This document shows positions 25,529 through 34,829 of a stretch of DNA of 64,000 bases, piece by piece. The notes beneath the pieces are model-generated. The model saw only the letters and a list, made by a program, of their open reading frames with translations. It did no database searches and was not told the origin of the DNA. The DNA comes from Alphaproteobacteria bacterium (GTDB lineage: Bacteria; Pseudomonadota; Alphaproteobacteria; Rs-D84): contig JAFXVM010000003.1 of NCBI GenBank assembly GCA_017524525.1, forward strand, positions 1,836 to 65,835, given 5' to 3'. Numbering within the stretch: the stretch's first letter is position 1; each line of letters starts with the position of its first letter. Made by a program: the position numbers and the translations under genes.

Positions 25529-26317
25529 TCATTTTTCATGCATATTATAAAACATTTTTATTAGTTTTCTTATATCTTTATCCATATATTTCTTTGCATT
25601 TGCGATTATATTAGTTGGGATTTTAAATCTTAATTCTGCCAGTCCACCTGCCATACATGCCAAAGTATCGCTGTCACCACCCAAGGACACAGCGTTTCGC
25701 AAAGCATCTTCATAAGAACATGCATCTAGTGCACAAATAATTGCCTGAGGAACAGAATTTTTACATTGCACATAAAAACGATTATATAATGGTCTGATTT
25801 CATCCAAACTTTGATGTACATTATATTGATATTTATCACTTATGGTTTCTTTTATTTGGTCTATAGGAATTAAATTTTGAATCATGAAACCTGTTTCAAG
25901 ATAAGCATGAACTGCATTTAAACTTTCCGGATGATTATGTGTAATTTTTGTAATCTCGTCCGCTTTTTTAAATAAACATTGTTGATCGTGGTTTATATGC
26001 AAAAGCGGACTTATACGCATAACACAACCATTAGAACTAGAATTTATAGAAACACCAGTATTAACCCATTGCAAAAAACCTTTACCAAAAGCACCTATTT
26101 CACCATTTTCGTAGGTACGATTTTGATATTTCAAAGCCCATTTACGCAATGTTTCTTCGATTGATAGTTTTGATATTAAATGTTCAGCAACCGCACAAGT
26201 CAAAATAGTATCATCTGTAAAACAGCAAGATTCATCAAACAATGAAAAATCCTTAGTTTTGATGTTATGAAATTCAAAACGCGAACCAACTATATCACCA
26301 ATAATAGACCCAAGCAT
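25529..26317 (-). CDS. ADP-ribosylglycohydrolase family protein
   Basis: N-terminal MLGSIIGDIVGSRFEF, FTDDT, and C-terminal GGDSDTLACMAGGLAE motifs of the ARH/DraG fold. Confidence 0.85.
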   Translation of the reverse strand: MLGSIIGDIVGSRFEFHNIKTKDFSLFDESCCFTDDTILTCAVAEHLISKLSIEETLRKWALKYQNRTYENGEIGAFGKGFLQWVNTGVSINSSSNGCVMRISPLLHINHDQQCLFKKADEITKITHNHPESLNAVHAYLETGFMIQNLIPIDQIKETISDKYQYNVHQSLDEIRPLYNRFYVQCKNSVPQAIICALDACSYEDALRNAVSLGGDSDTLACMAGGLAELRFKIPTNIIANAKKYMDKDIRKLIKMFYNMHEK

Positions 26318-26435
26318 TTTGGAACTCCTGAAACTTACATGACTATTATATACATATTATTCAAAAGTTAAGAAAAAATTATCTATCTCTCTTCCAATCT
26401 TCATAATCTCAGTTCGCAAACCGTCATCCCAGCAC

Positions 26436-26550
26436 GACCAGAGAGTTCAAACCGCTCGTCAAGAGCGGTTTTTCTTTTATATTCCAATATCTTTGCTGAG
26501 TTCGAAACCACACTTTTTTGAAAGTGCTGTTTTTTACTTAATTTCGAACT
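26436..26550. repeat. Terminator-associated repeat, copy B
   Basis: gaccagagagttcaa, hairpin ACCGCTC/GAGCGGT, T-run, cttttatattccaatatctttgct, then stem agttcgaaa...tttcgaact. The distal arm overlaps the last codons of the 26538 gene. Confidence 0.75.
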
Positions 26551-27329
26551 TTTGCATCATAAACACGTGTATTTGTTGTGTTTTGATTTAACTTGTATAT
26601 TTTTGCACCGGGCTTTGATATGATTTCGGTCATGGTTTGCTTATCACCATTTGTTTGAATCAGCAATGCAGCAGGTTCATCAACAGCATATCCGAATTTA
26701 GATTCTTTGACCAACATCCTTTTGATAACATCTTTGGAAGTGGCTTCTTTATCAATTCCTTTTTCTGGTTTCTTATTCCAATGCGGGCAAAAATATCCCT
26801 TTACAAAACCCAATGCTTTTTTTGTTGTAAGTGTAGATTCTGTTCCATCAAAATCTTCATCTTCGTCATTATCATAATATTCAAACCAAACACAACCACC
26901 AGCACTGTTCCCAGACATAATGACACCTTTGTCGTACGCTTCTTTTAATATTTTATCTGTACCTGATTCTTTTAATGCCTTCATTAAACGTGTTACATTA
27001 CCACCGCCAACATAAATTATGTCTGCACTCATAATCATTTCGCGAATTTGTTCAACAGTTGGTCTTTGTGACAAATCAGTCAAAATCAAATTCTTCGCAA
27101 CACAGCCTAATTTCTTTTCAAACACGTCACAAACAACAGGGAAATAAGTTGGACTATCATTACTCGCAGCGCCAATAAAAATCAAAACTGGTTGTTTTTT
27201 GCCTGTTATTTCCACTATCTTTTTATCTGCCAGTTCTGTTTCCCAAGGTTTTTGTTCGCTATGACCATCTTCGTGGATTTTGATTCTTCCCATTTCACCA
27301 CCACCAATAGCAACAATTGTTTTAATCAT
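26538..27329 (-). CDS. Peptidase S51 (peptidase E / cyanophycinase-like) family protein
   Basis: IYVGGGNVTRLM and the nucleophile elbow MSGNSAGG. Confidence 0.8.
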   Translation of the reverse strand: MIKTIVAIGGGEMGRIKIHEDGHSEQKPWETELADKKIVEITGKKQPVLIFIGAASNDSPTYFPVVCDVFEKKLGCVAKNLILTDLSQRPTVEQIREMIMSADIIYVGGGNVTRLMKALKESGTDKILKEAYDKGVIMSGNSAGGCVWFEYYDNDEDEDFDGTESTLTTKKALGFVKGYFCPHWNKKPEKGIDKEATSKDVIKRMLVKESKFGYAVDEPAALLIQTNGDKQTMTEIISKPGAKIYKLNQNTTNTRVYDAKVRN

Positions 27330-27465
27330 GATAAAATCCTTTCTTATAGTGTGTATTATACATTAAATAATCTAGATTTACAAGAAACTAGCCTTGATTT
27401 TACCTTTAATCTCTTCTCTCTCGCTCAATCTGTATAATCTCGCTTTGAACTAAAACAATTTTGAT

Positions 27466-27990
27466 TTACTTAATCACGCCACAAGCGATGCGGGCGCCAC
27501 CGCCACCCAATGCCACAGGGCTATCGCTGTAATTATCACCGCCAGCATGAATCATAATCGACCGATTTTTAATTTCTTGGACTTTCAAGTTTGGAATCGT
27601 AAAAGATGTATTAACTGTACCATCCGCAGATACATTCAATACCGGCAAATCGCCTTTGTGTCCGCCATGTTGATTGGGTCCCATGTGGCGCCCTGTTTTA
27701 TCGGGGTCATAATGACCACCTGCTTTGAGTGCGGGTTGCAAATTTCCTTTGGCATCAATGTCTGCGCCACAATTTGGGTTTTCGTGAATATGGAACCCAT
27801 GTTCACCCGCCGGCAGATTATGCAAATTAACATTTACCAACAATCCAGACGGTGTATCAGCAAAGGAAACTTCGCCTATTTTTTGCCCCATGCCAGATGT
27901 AGTGGTTAAATAAATATCCGAATGCGCATCAGGATGACAATTGCTGCAACTTGTCAATAATAATGTCGAATATAACAAGATTTTTTTCAT
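27466..27990 (-). CDS. sodC: Periplasmic Cu,Zn superoxide dismutase
   Basis: Start set at MKKILLYSTLLLTSC (RBS GGAGAA upstream). HGFHIHE, GGHYDP, HKGDLP and GGGGARIACGVI motifs. Confidence 0.93.
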   Translation of the reverse strand: MKKILLYSTLLLTSCSNCHPDAHSDIYLTTTSGMGQKIGEVSFADTPSGLLVNVNLHNLPAGEHGFHIHENPNCGADIDAKGNLQPALKAGGHYDPDKTGRHMGPNQHGGHKGDLPVLNVSADGTVNTSFTIPNLKVQEIKNRSIMIHAGGDNYSDSPVALGGGGARIACGVIK

Positions 27991-28166
27991 ATCGTTCTCC
28001 TTTGCATTAATTAAGTACGTCTGTGTGATAAATATAAGGAAATATGCATTTTTTACAAAAGGAACGTTTTCAATCAGGCTATTACAATTCACGAAAAAAA
28101 CATAGAAATATCATTTTCATCTTGTATCAAAAAAACAAAGGGGGAGACTTTCATATCAATTAGGCT

Positions 28167-28412
28167 TTATTTAGGTGTCCTTATGTGGTTGTTCGTGTTG
28201 TTGTTGCCGGTATTTATCGCGCAGATACGACATGCAAATCGCGACACAGGCACAGTTTTCTTTGAAGTTTGAGAACTTAATTTCAATGTCGAATTTGCTT
28301 CCCCACTTCCAGATTTCTTTGTTCCCAGTATCTTTACACTCGGGGCAGCATTCGCGCTGCAAACCAAAGCGCTTAACACCGCAACAACAAACAAACTGTT
28401 CCGTTTCGACAT
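28167..28412 (-). CDS. 81-aa secreted fragment-like member of the Cys-module family (possibly a truncated paralog)
   Basis: Signal peptide MSKRNSLFVVAVLSALVCSANA. It ends right after CRICAINTG, which matches CLDSVCAINIG of the 15990 protein. Confidence 0.4.
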   Translation of the reverse strand: MSKRNSLFVVAVLSALVCSANAAPSVKILGTKKSGSGEANSTLKLSSQTSKKTVPVSRFACRICAINTGNNNTNNHIRTPK

Positions 28413-28622
28413 TTCAAAATTCTCAGCCTTTGCCTCAATTACACCACAAAAAAAAGCTAAAACCAAATGAAGCAACTATTTTTTTTAAACACTTACTTTT
28501 TTATAAAAATGTAAAAAAGACCAGATTTTTCAGTTTTTTATGCATTTTTTTATTTCAATATTATTGTAAAACTTTACTAAAAACCGTTAGAAAAAAATTT
28601 TTTTTATGATAAAATATATACT

Positions 28623-29621
28623 ATGAAAAAAACATTTGTTCTTCTGTGCTGTCTGGTGCCTTTGGCACATGTGGCGTATGCCAAATTAACTGTCGCGAAA
28701 TTCCCAGGAACAATTGATGATATGTCTTTCACATCCAGAATGGAAATCGCTGCCGAAGGGTATAAACCTTTTCTCGACAAAAGCGCTTACCAAGAATTAA
28801 ATATTGTTCCAGGCGAAGAAATTTATACCGACCACATGATTGCTGTCGCCGAAGCCGAAGCAGAAAAAGCCAAAGAACAAGAAGACTATTGTAAACAACA
28901 CCCCGAAGACAAAACCAAATGTCCCGATAAACCCGTTGTCACGACTGCTCCGGTTACCACAACTGTTCAAAGCGGAATATATTCTGGTCGCACCATTGGG
29001 GGCGGTTCAGTTATAAAAAACAACAGCATAGTCGGCGGTTCTTGTTATCCTGCTGCCAAGGACAACCATTTCACAAACAAAGTGCTAACCACAGGAAAAT
29101 ACGAAAAAATTCACCCTGCTTTTGAAAAAGGTTTAATAACCGTATTTAGAAAAGAAGGTGGTTGTGGCACAATCAAAAACGACCCGTGTGGATATACTTG
29201 TTATGGAATCGGCTCTAATTGCAACGGCGGAACAATAGTAAATTCTCGCGGTCAAGCAGAAGATATTTATTACAAAAGATATTTTGCTAATTATAAAATA
29301 GACAAATTACCTGACGTTATATCAACAGATATTTTTCTTGCTTCTATGGCCAGCGGTCCTGGAACAGCCCTATCACAATTTCGCGATTTTTTGGGATTAC
29401 CCAAAAGCACAAAATCTGTGGATGAAGAAATGATAAATGCTGTAAAAAATTATCCAGGCGATATACACAACAAATGGATGGACAGACGCGATACTTTCTT
29501 ACAAGCCGTCGCCCAAAAGCGTTATAATGGTTCCGTAAGTCGCGGATATAAAAACGCTATTGAAATAAAAAGAAAAAATGGCTGTCATGTGGAACCAACA
29601 GAACCAATATATCGACAATAG
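28623..29621 (+). CDS. Secreted GH108-like peptidoglycan hydrolase (lysozyme) with an N-terminal extension
   Basis: Signal peptide. KEGGCGTIKNDPCGYTCYGIG fits the GH108 pattern EGG-x6-D-x-GG-x-T-x2-GI, here with Cys substitutions. A downstream helical region follows (IYYKRYF...). Confidence 0.6.
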   Translation: MKKTFVLLCCLVPLAHVAYAKLTVAKFPGTIDDMSFTSRMEIAAEGYKPFLDKSAYQELNIVPGEEIYTDHMIAVAEAEAEKAKEQEDYCKQHPEDKTKCPDKPVVTTAPVTTTVQSGIYSGRTIGGGSVIKNNSIVGGSCYPAAKDNHFTNKVLTTGKYEKIHPAFEKGLITVFRKEGGCGTIKNDPCGYTCYGIGSNCNGGTIVNSRGQAEDIYYKRYFANYKIDKLPDVISTDIFLASMASGPGTALSQFRDFLGLPKSTKSVDEEMINAVKNYPGDIHNKWMDRRDTFLQAVAQKRYNGSVSRGYKNAIEIKRKNGCHVEPTEPIYRQ

Positions 29622-29678
29622 GACGTAAGAATAAAAATATGCTTGTATATTTTTATAAAAAAAATTAGGATGTAGGAT

Positions 29679-30635
29679 ATGAAGAAGGGATTATTTTTTT
29701 TCACAATTTGTTTAGTGTTTGTTTCAAACGCATTCGCTGCAACAAATTATATTCCTAAACGCTTTAATACTGTCACATCTCATGACGATGTTTATCCATA
29801 CAGATTAAATAATGCGCAACCAAACCCATCTAATAAAACAACCACATCTTCATCAACCGCTAATTCCGTTGCTTCTAAATCGGTTGGCAAACGCAATGTT
29901 GTAAAGCGTCAAACACGGGCGCGTTCGGCCACAAATTCTGCTGTTGCAACAAATACACCACAACACCGGGTTGTTCAACGTCCAAACTCAATTACCGTAC
30001 GCAGCGCAGCAACTAATACAGCTGTTCATCCAAAAGATGGTCGCAATTTTCAAACTGTCGTTCCGCGCTCTGCAAAAAAGGTCGCAACACGAACAACAAG
30101 AAATGTTCGTGAAAACAGTGCAAATTATTATTCAGGTGAAAAAGTTTCATCCGAACGCTGTTTCGCAGACTACAAAGAATGCATGGAAAGTTATTGCGAA
30201 CGCGAAGATACTGCTTATAACCGTTGTTATTGCAGTGCTAAATTGGCGCAAATTGATTCTAAATACCAAACAAAAATCGATTCTTTGATTCAAGAAATCG
30301 TTAGATTACGTTATGATACTTCTGTGAGTAATGATGAAATCAAAGAATATTGGGACCAAACCATTGGTTCGTACACTGGCGACAACCCATGGGTAAACAT
30401 AGACAACGCATTAAACATAGAATGGGCAGATGCACAAAGTCGCACTCGTGGACAAAATGCGTTTAACACAGGTCATGAATATTGTGTTCGACATTTGCGT
30501 GCTTGCTATTATATGTCATCTAACTTGCGCGATGCATACAAATCTGAAATCGCTCGCGATTGTGATGCATACGAAAAAAGCCTTCAAAAAATCAAGGCTG
30601 CTGCTGAAAGTGTCATAGAAAGTTATAAAAAATAA
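29679..30635 (+). CDS. Secreted protein: basic Ser/Thr/Arg-rich N-region plus a C-x6-C-x4-C module domain
   Basis: Signal peptide ...SNAFA-A. Repeats of the RSATNSAV / RSAATNTAV type. CFADYKECMESYCEREDTAYNRCYC. 8 Cys in the mature part. Confidence 0.8.
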   Translation: MKKGLFFFTICLVFVSNAFAATNYIPKRFNTVTSHDDVYPYRLNNAQPNPSNKTTTSSSTANSVASKSVGKRNVVKRQTRARSATNSAVATNTPQHRVVQRPNSITVRSAATNTAVHPKDGRNFQTVVPRSAKKVATRTTRNVRENSANYYSGEKVSSERCFADYKECMESYCEREDTAYNRCYCSAKLAQIDSKYQTKIDSLIQEIVRLRYDTSVSNDEIKEYWDQTIGSYTGDNPWVNIDNALNIEWADAQSRTRGQNAFNTGHEYCVRHLRACYYMSSNLRDAYKSEIARDCDAYEKSLQKIKAAAESVIESYKK

Positions 30636-30749
30636 TTTGTCTATCATTCACATTTCAAATTGTGTTCATAAATATTTCGCGCTAAATCGTCGCTGATACT
30701 GTCCCAATCTGCCGCGTGCCCGTATATTATATCACAATTACAAATCGCC

Positions 30750-30977
30750 CTATTCTGCGATGGTGTATTTATCGCGCAAGATGCTGCGAATATCAGCCAC
30801 ACCAGTTTTATAAACTTTGTCATGAAATTCCTTTTGTTTTTTTATGTTTATCTCGTATATTTGTCGTTCTTGATTTAAATACCGAATATTGCAATTAGCC
30901 TTTTCAATATTCACACCATAAAAATAAGCGCCCAATATCAAGGCGCTAACACATATAATCAAATATATCTTTTGCAT
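30750..30977 (-). CDS. Small membrane-anchored protein, unknown function
   Basis: MQKIYLIICVSALILGAYFYG TM followed by a charged helical tail. Lies downstream of the rho terminator. Confidence 0.4.
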   Translation of the reverse strand: MQKIYLIICVSALILGAYFYGVNIEKANCNIRYLNQERQIYEINIKKQKEFHDKVYKTGVADIRSILRDKYTIAE

Positions 30978-30993
30978 TTTTATCACCACTATT

Positions 30994-31020
30994 AAAAATC
31001 CGCCAAAACGGCGGATTTTA
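30994..31020 (-). terminator. Intrinsic terminator after rho
   Basis: ATCCGCC-AAAAC-GGCGGAT flanked by an A-run and a T-run. Confidence 0.75.
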
Positions 31021-31021
31021 A

Positions 31022-32290
31022 TTATTGATTCATGGCAGCAAAGAAATCTTCGTTTGTTTTAGTCAATCTTAATTTATCCAACAAAAATTCCATCGCTTCC
31101 AATGTTCCCATCGGATTTATTATGCGACGTAAAACATACATCTTGGACAAAGTATCTTTGGATACCAATAAATCTTCTTTGCGTGTACCAGACTTTGTAA
31201 TATCAATCGCAGGATAAACGCGTTTATCAGATAATTTTCTGTCCAAAATGATTTCACTGTTGCCCGTACCTTTGAATTCTTCGAAAACGACTTCGTCCAT
31301 CTTGGAACCAGTATCAATCAATGCTGTTGCAATAATAGTCAAAGAACCACCACCTTCAATATTACGAGCAGCCCCAAAGAAACGTTTCGGTCTTTGCAAC
31401 GCATATGCATCAACACCGCCAGTTAACACCTTACCGCTTGACGGCACCACAGTATTATATGCGCGTCCCAGTCTGGTGATAGAATCCAACAAAATCACCA
31501 CATCTTGTCCCGCTTCGACCAAACGTTTTGCCTTTTCGATAACCATTTCTGCCACTTGAATATGACGCGTAGCAGGTTCATCAAATGTAGATGAAATAAC
31601 CTCTCCACGAACGCTGCGTTGCATATCCGTCACTTCTTCTGGACGTTCATCAATCAACAAAACAATTAATTTAACATCAGGGTAATTAGTTGCAATAGAA
31701 TGAGCAATATTCTGCAACATAACCGTCTTACCAGTTCTTGGTGGCGCAACAATCAAAGAACGTTGACCTTTGCCTGTTGGGGAAATTAAATCGATAACAC
31801 GCGCAGACAAATTACGTCCTTTGTCAGTGTCGTTTTCCACTTCCATTTTTAATTTTTCATCTGGATACAACGGCGTCATATCATCAAAAGAAATACGATG
31901 GCGCAATTTTTCAGGATTATCACCATTAACACGCTCTATTGTTTCCAGCGCGAAATAACGTTCAGATTCATTTTGCGGCGCTTGAATTTGACCTTCGACA
32001 TAATCACCAGTTTTTAAACCGTACTTTTTGATTAAATTAGGCGACACATATAAATCATCTGGTCCAGCCAAATAATTACTTTCTGGTGCGCGCAAGAACC
32101 CAAAACCATCTGGCAAGCGTTCCAAAACACCATCACCAATCAAAACTATTGATTTATCAGCCGCATAAACGCGCATGACCGCAAAACGCAGTTGTTGAAC
32201 ATTTAATTGAGAAGGATTTTCAATCCCCATATCTTCAGCCATCTTCAACAATTGTTGAGGAGACTTTGTCTTTAATTCATTTACGTGCAT
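31022..32290 (-). CDS. rho: Transcription termination factor Rho
   Basis: Start set at [15 protein letters not shown]. Walker [18 protein letters not shown] and [16 protein letters not shown]. Confidence 0.96.
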   Translation of the reverse strand: MHVNELKTKSPQQLLKMAEDMGIENPSQLNVQQLRFAVMRVYAADKSIVLIGDGVLERLPDGFGFLRAPESNYLAGPDDLYVSPNLIKKYGLKTGDYVEGQIQAPQNESERYFALETIERVNGDNPEKLRHRISFDDMTPLYPDEKLKMEVENDTDKGRNLSARVIDLISPTGKGQRSLIVAPPRTGKTVMLQNIAHSIATNYPDVKLIVLLIDERPEEVTDMQRSVRGEVISSTFDEPATRHIQVAEMVIEKAKRLVEAGQDVVILLDSITRLGRAYNTVVPSSGKVLTGGVDAYALQRPKRFFGAARNIEGGGSLTIIATALIDTGSKMDEVVFEEFKGTGNSEIILDRKLSDKRVYPAIDITKSGTRKEDLLVSKDTLSKMYVLRRIINPMGTLEAMEFLLDKLRLTKTNEDFFAAMNQ

Positions 32291-32413
32291 AAAAAACCTT
32301 TTTGGAAAAGGCAAACGAAGAATTTCGTCGCCGCGTTGCCACAATTTTACTAAAAAAACAATAAAAAGTCAAGCAAGTTTAACAAAAAGCCCCCTTTTAT
32401 AAGAGGACCTTTT

Positions 32414-32569
32414 TTATTTGTATTCGTCACCAGTAAGTCCTGCGCCAGCATCCAATAATGCTTGACGAAGATCCATCGCAACTCTTTGGTTTTTAGCCGA
32501 TACTGCTTCTGCACCAACCATAAAACCAACTGTTTTCTTGGCATTAGTAAAAGAATTCTCTTTAACCAT
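32414..32569 (-). CDS. Small hypothetical protein (51 aa)
   Basis: RBS AAAGGTGA before ATG. MVKENSFTNAKKTVGFMVGAEAVSAKNQRVAMDLRQALLDAGAGLTGDEYK. No motif recognised. Confidence 0.4.
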   Translation of the reverse strand: MVKENSFTNAKKTVGFMVGAEAVSAKNQRVAMDLRQALLDAGAGLTGDEYK

Positions 32570-32666
32570 TTTATCACCTTTTACGTTTTGTCTCTCTATC
32601 AATTATTGACAACACTACACCAAAAAAACTTTTTTGTCAAGTGTTTTGTCAATAAAACTTTTCACA

Positions 32667-34724
32667 TTACATGCCACAGTCTTCGCATTCGTCTGTTTCA
32701 GTATATTCTTCAACAACGATTGGCGCAGGCTTTGGCTCTTCCATATATTGCACCTCTTTAACAACACGCACACGACGATTTTCAGCATTTGGCGTATTAT
32801 TTGGTGTTGGAACTTTTAAATCTTCTTCACCTGCAGAAACTGCGATAATCTGCGATGCTGGTATTCCGCGTTCAATCAACATCTTTTGCACTGCTTCTGC
32901 ACGACGACCACCCAAAGCATAATTATACGCGTTCGATCCAGCCGTATCAGTATGCCCAACCACAGAAACCTTTACATTTTTGTTTGATTGAGTTGTTTCT
33001 GCCAACTTTCTAATGATGTCATCATATTCAGGTTTAATGATAGCCTTATCAAAGTCAAATCTTATTTCAAATATTTCCTCTACTATTCTTTGTCTTGGTT
33101 CCAAAGGAATTTGTTGAACTTTGATAATAGTTTTATCATTTGACACTGGTGCTGGCGCATTGTTCAAATCGTCAAGTCTTGAATTAATCGCAGCCAATTC
33201 TGCACGCAAATCTGTCATCAATTCAATAAATTCAGCACGCGACACATAATCATCAAATTGAGGACAACTTGTTTGACATTTTTGACATTCCTGACATTTT
33301 GGGCATTCTACACTTAATTGTTGCGCCGGACAAGTTGGATTATCACGAATCACCTGAGCCTTGCATTCCTGACATTCCTGACAAGCCGGTTGCTTTGGAC
33401 ATTCTTGTGTTGAACAAGTTGGTTTTGGTTCTTCTTGTTGTTCCAACACAGCTTCCTTCAAAGCCTGACAACTTTCGCACGCAGTGCATTCTTGTTTTGG
33501 CTCTTCACGGTACACCGATGCCCCCCTGCTGTTTTCAATATCTTCACGATAAAGCAATACCTCTCTTACTTCTTGTAAGTCTTGGCACGCAGAACATTCT
33601 GGTTGTTTTGCAGAATCTTCTGAACGTTTTAACAACAATTCCTTTAATTCATGAAACTCTTTACAAGTTGGCGTTTCTGGTTGAACCAAAATAATATCTT
33701 TTATTTCTTGGTAATCATCACAAACAGAGCAAGACTGTGGCTCTTCTTGTTGTTGTCTTAGCAAAAGTTCCTTTAATTCTTGATAGTCTTGGGACGTTTG
33801 CGCCTGACATTCTTTACATTTTTGACATTCTTGCTGTTCACGATAAATCGTGGTTTCATATTTATCCCCAGATCCAGACAAGTCATCTGAACCATTAAAT
33901 GTATCAGAACCTTCGTTCACATTTTCTTCGCCACCATAAATATTTTGATTAAATATCATAGGCGGTTGTTGTTGCTGTTTAGCAGCGACCGCAACAGGTA
34001 TCGGCTGAATCACACTCGCTGGAACATTAACATTATTCACAATCAAAACACCATCACGCGAACGAGAAGCCCCAGCCATAGCACTTAACCGACGTGTTTC
34101 TGGATAATATTGTTCATCAACCGCAGGCTTTGCAGGTGTAAGATTTTCAGATTTTACAGCAGTTGGTGCAACAACTTTGCCTTTGCTACAATCACGCAAA
34201 GTTTCCATGGTCGCCGCGAAACGGTTTCTGCATTCTTCTGCCGTAGCACTTTGTCCAGTCGAAGCCGCAGATATCCAGCAATCAAATTTTGCTTGGGCTT
34301 CTGCTGCTAATTGAGGTTGTTTTTCCACTGCATCATTTTTCAATTCTTCTATCAAATCGTTATAAGCGGTATAAATATCAAACCTTTCTGCTTCCCCGCG
34401 TATTGGCCAATTATCCAAGTTTTCTGGAAAAGGTGTTTCGCCAGAAAATGCCCCCACTGCCTTTTGTGCAAATAATTCTGCAACATCGGGATAACCACTT
34501 GTGCGCGCATTATACAACGCATACGAACGATAATTCATAGCCAACTGATTAAGAAAGGAATCTTGATGTGGCGCACCATCAGCAGATATATTTTCAACAT
34601 AATCCACCGTTGGCGTTTCATATTTCACAGTCACATTTTCTGTGTTTTCATCTGTCCCCATACAGCCCCCCAAAGCCACACATACAGCCAAAGACAACAC
34701 AGATGTATAACATTTATTTTTCAT
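32667..34724 (-). CDS. OmpA-family lipoprotein with an internal CxxC-rich tandem-repeat region
   Basis: Lipobox ALGGC. C-terminal OmpA-like domain (VVGHTDTAGSNAYNYALGGRRAEAV...NRRVRV). Residues ~300-487 carry repeated C-x2-C ... E-[LIV]-K-E-[LIV]-L-L units. Confidence 0.88.
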   Translation of the reverse strand: MKNKCYTSVLSLAVCVALGGCMGTDENTENVTVKYETPTVDYVENISADGAPHQDSFLNQLAMNYRSYALYNARTSGYPDVAELFAQKAVGAFSGETPFPENLDNWPIRGEAERFDIYTAYNDLIEELKNDAVEKQPQLAAEAQAKFDCWISAASTGQSATAEECRNRFAATMETLRDCSKGKVVAPTAVKSENLTPAKPAVDEQYYPETRRLSAMAGASRSRDGVLIVNNVNVPASVIQPIPVAVAAKQQQQPPMIFNQNIYGGEENVNEGSDTFNGSDDLSGSGDKYETTIYREQQECQKCKECQAQTSQDYQELKELLLRQQQEEPQSCSVCDDYQEIKDIILVQPETPTCKEFHELKELLLKRSEDSAKQPECSACQDLQEVREVLLYREDIENSRGASVYREEPKQECTACESCQALKEAVLEQQEEPKPTCSTQECPKQPACQECQECKAQVIRDNPTCPAQQLSVECPKCQECQKCQTSCPQFDDYVSRAEFIELMTDLRAELAAINSRLDDLNNAPAPVSNDKTIIKVQQIPLEPRQRIVEEIFEIRFDFDKAIIKPEYDDIIRKLAETTQSNKNVKVSVVGHTDTAGSNAYNYALGGRRAEAVQKMLIERGIPASQIIAVSAGEEDLKVPTPNNTPNAENRRVRVVKEVQYMEEPKPAPIVVEEYTETDECEDCGM

Positions 34725-34829
34725 AGTTGATTCCTTTCCTTAACTTAGTATCAAGATAATTATACAAACTTTTAAAAATCTAGTAAAGAGAAAAAATAGA
34801 CCTTGTACAAATTTATAACAGGAAAAATT

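Noticed and set aside
25196-26550. Intact integrative element (integrase, excisionase) or IS/transposase at the tRNA-Pro or tRNA-Gln loci
   Set aside because: No ORF in either region, or anywhere in the window, shows tyrosine- or serine-recombinase or DDE transposase motifs. Only att-like repeats and short modules remain.
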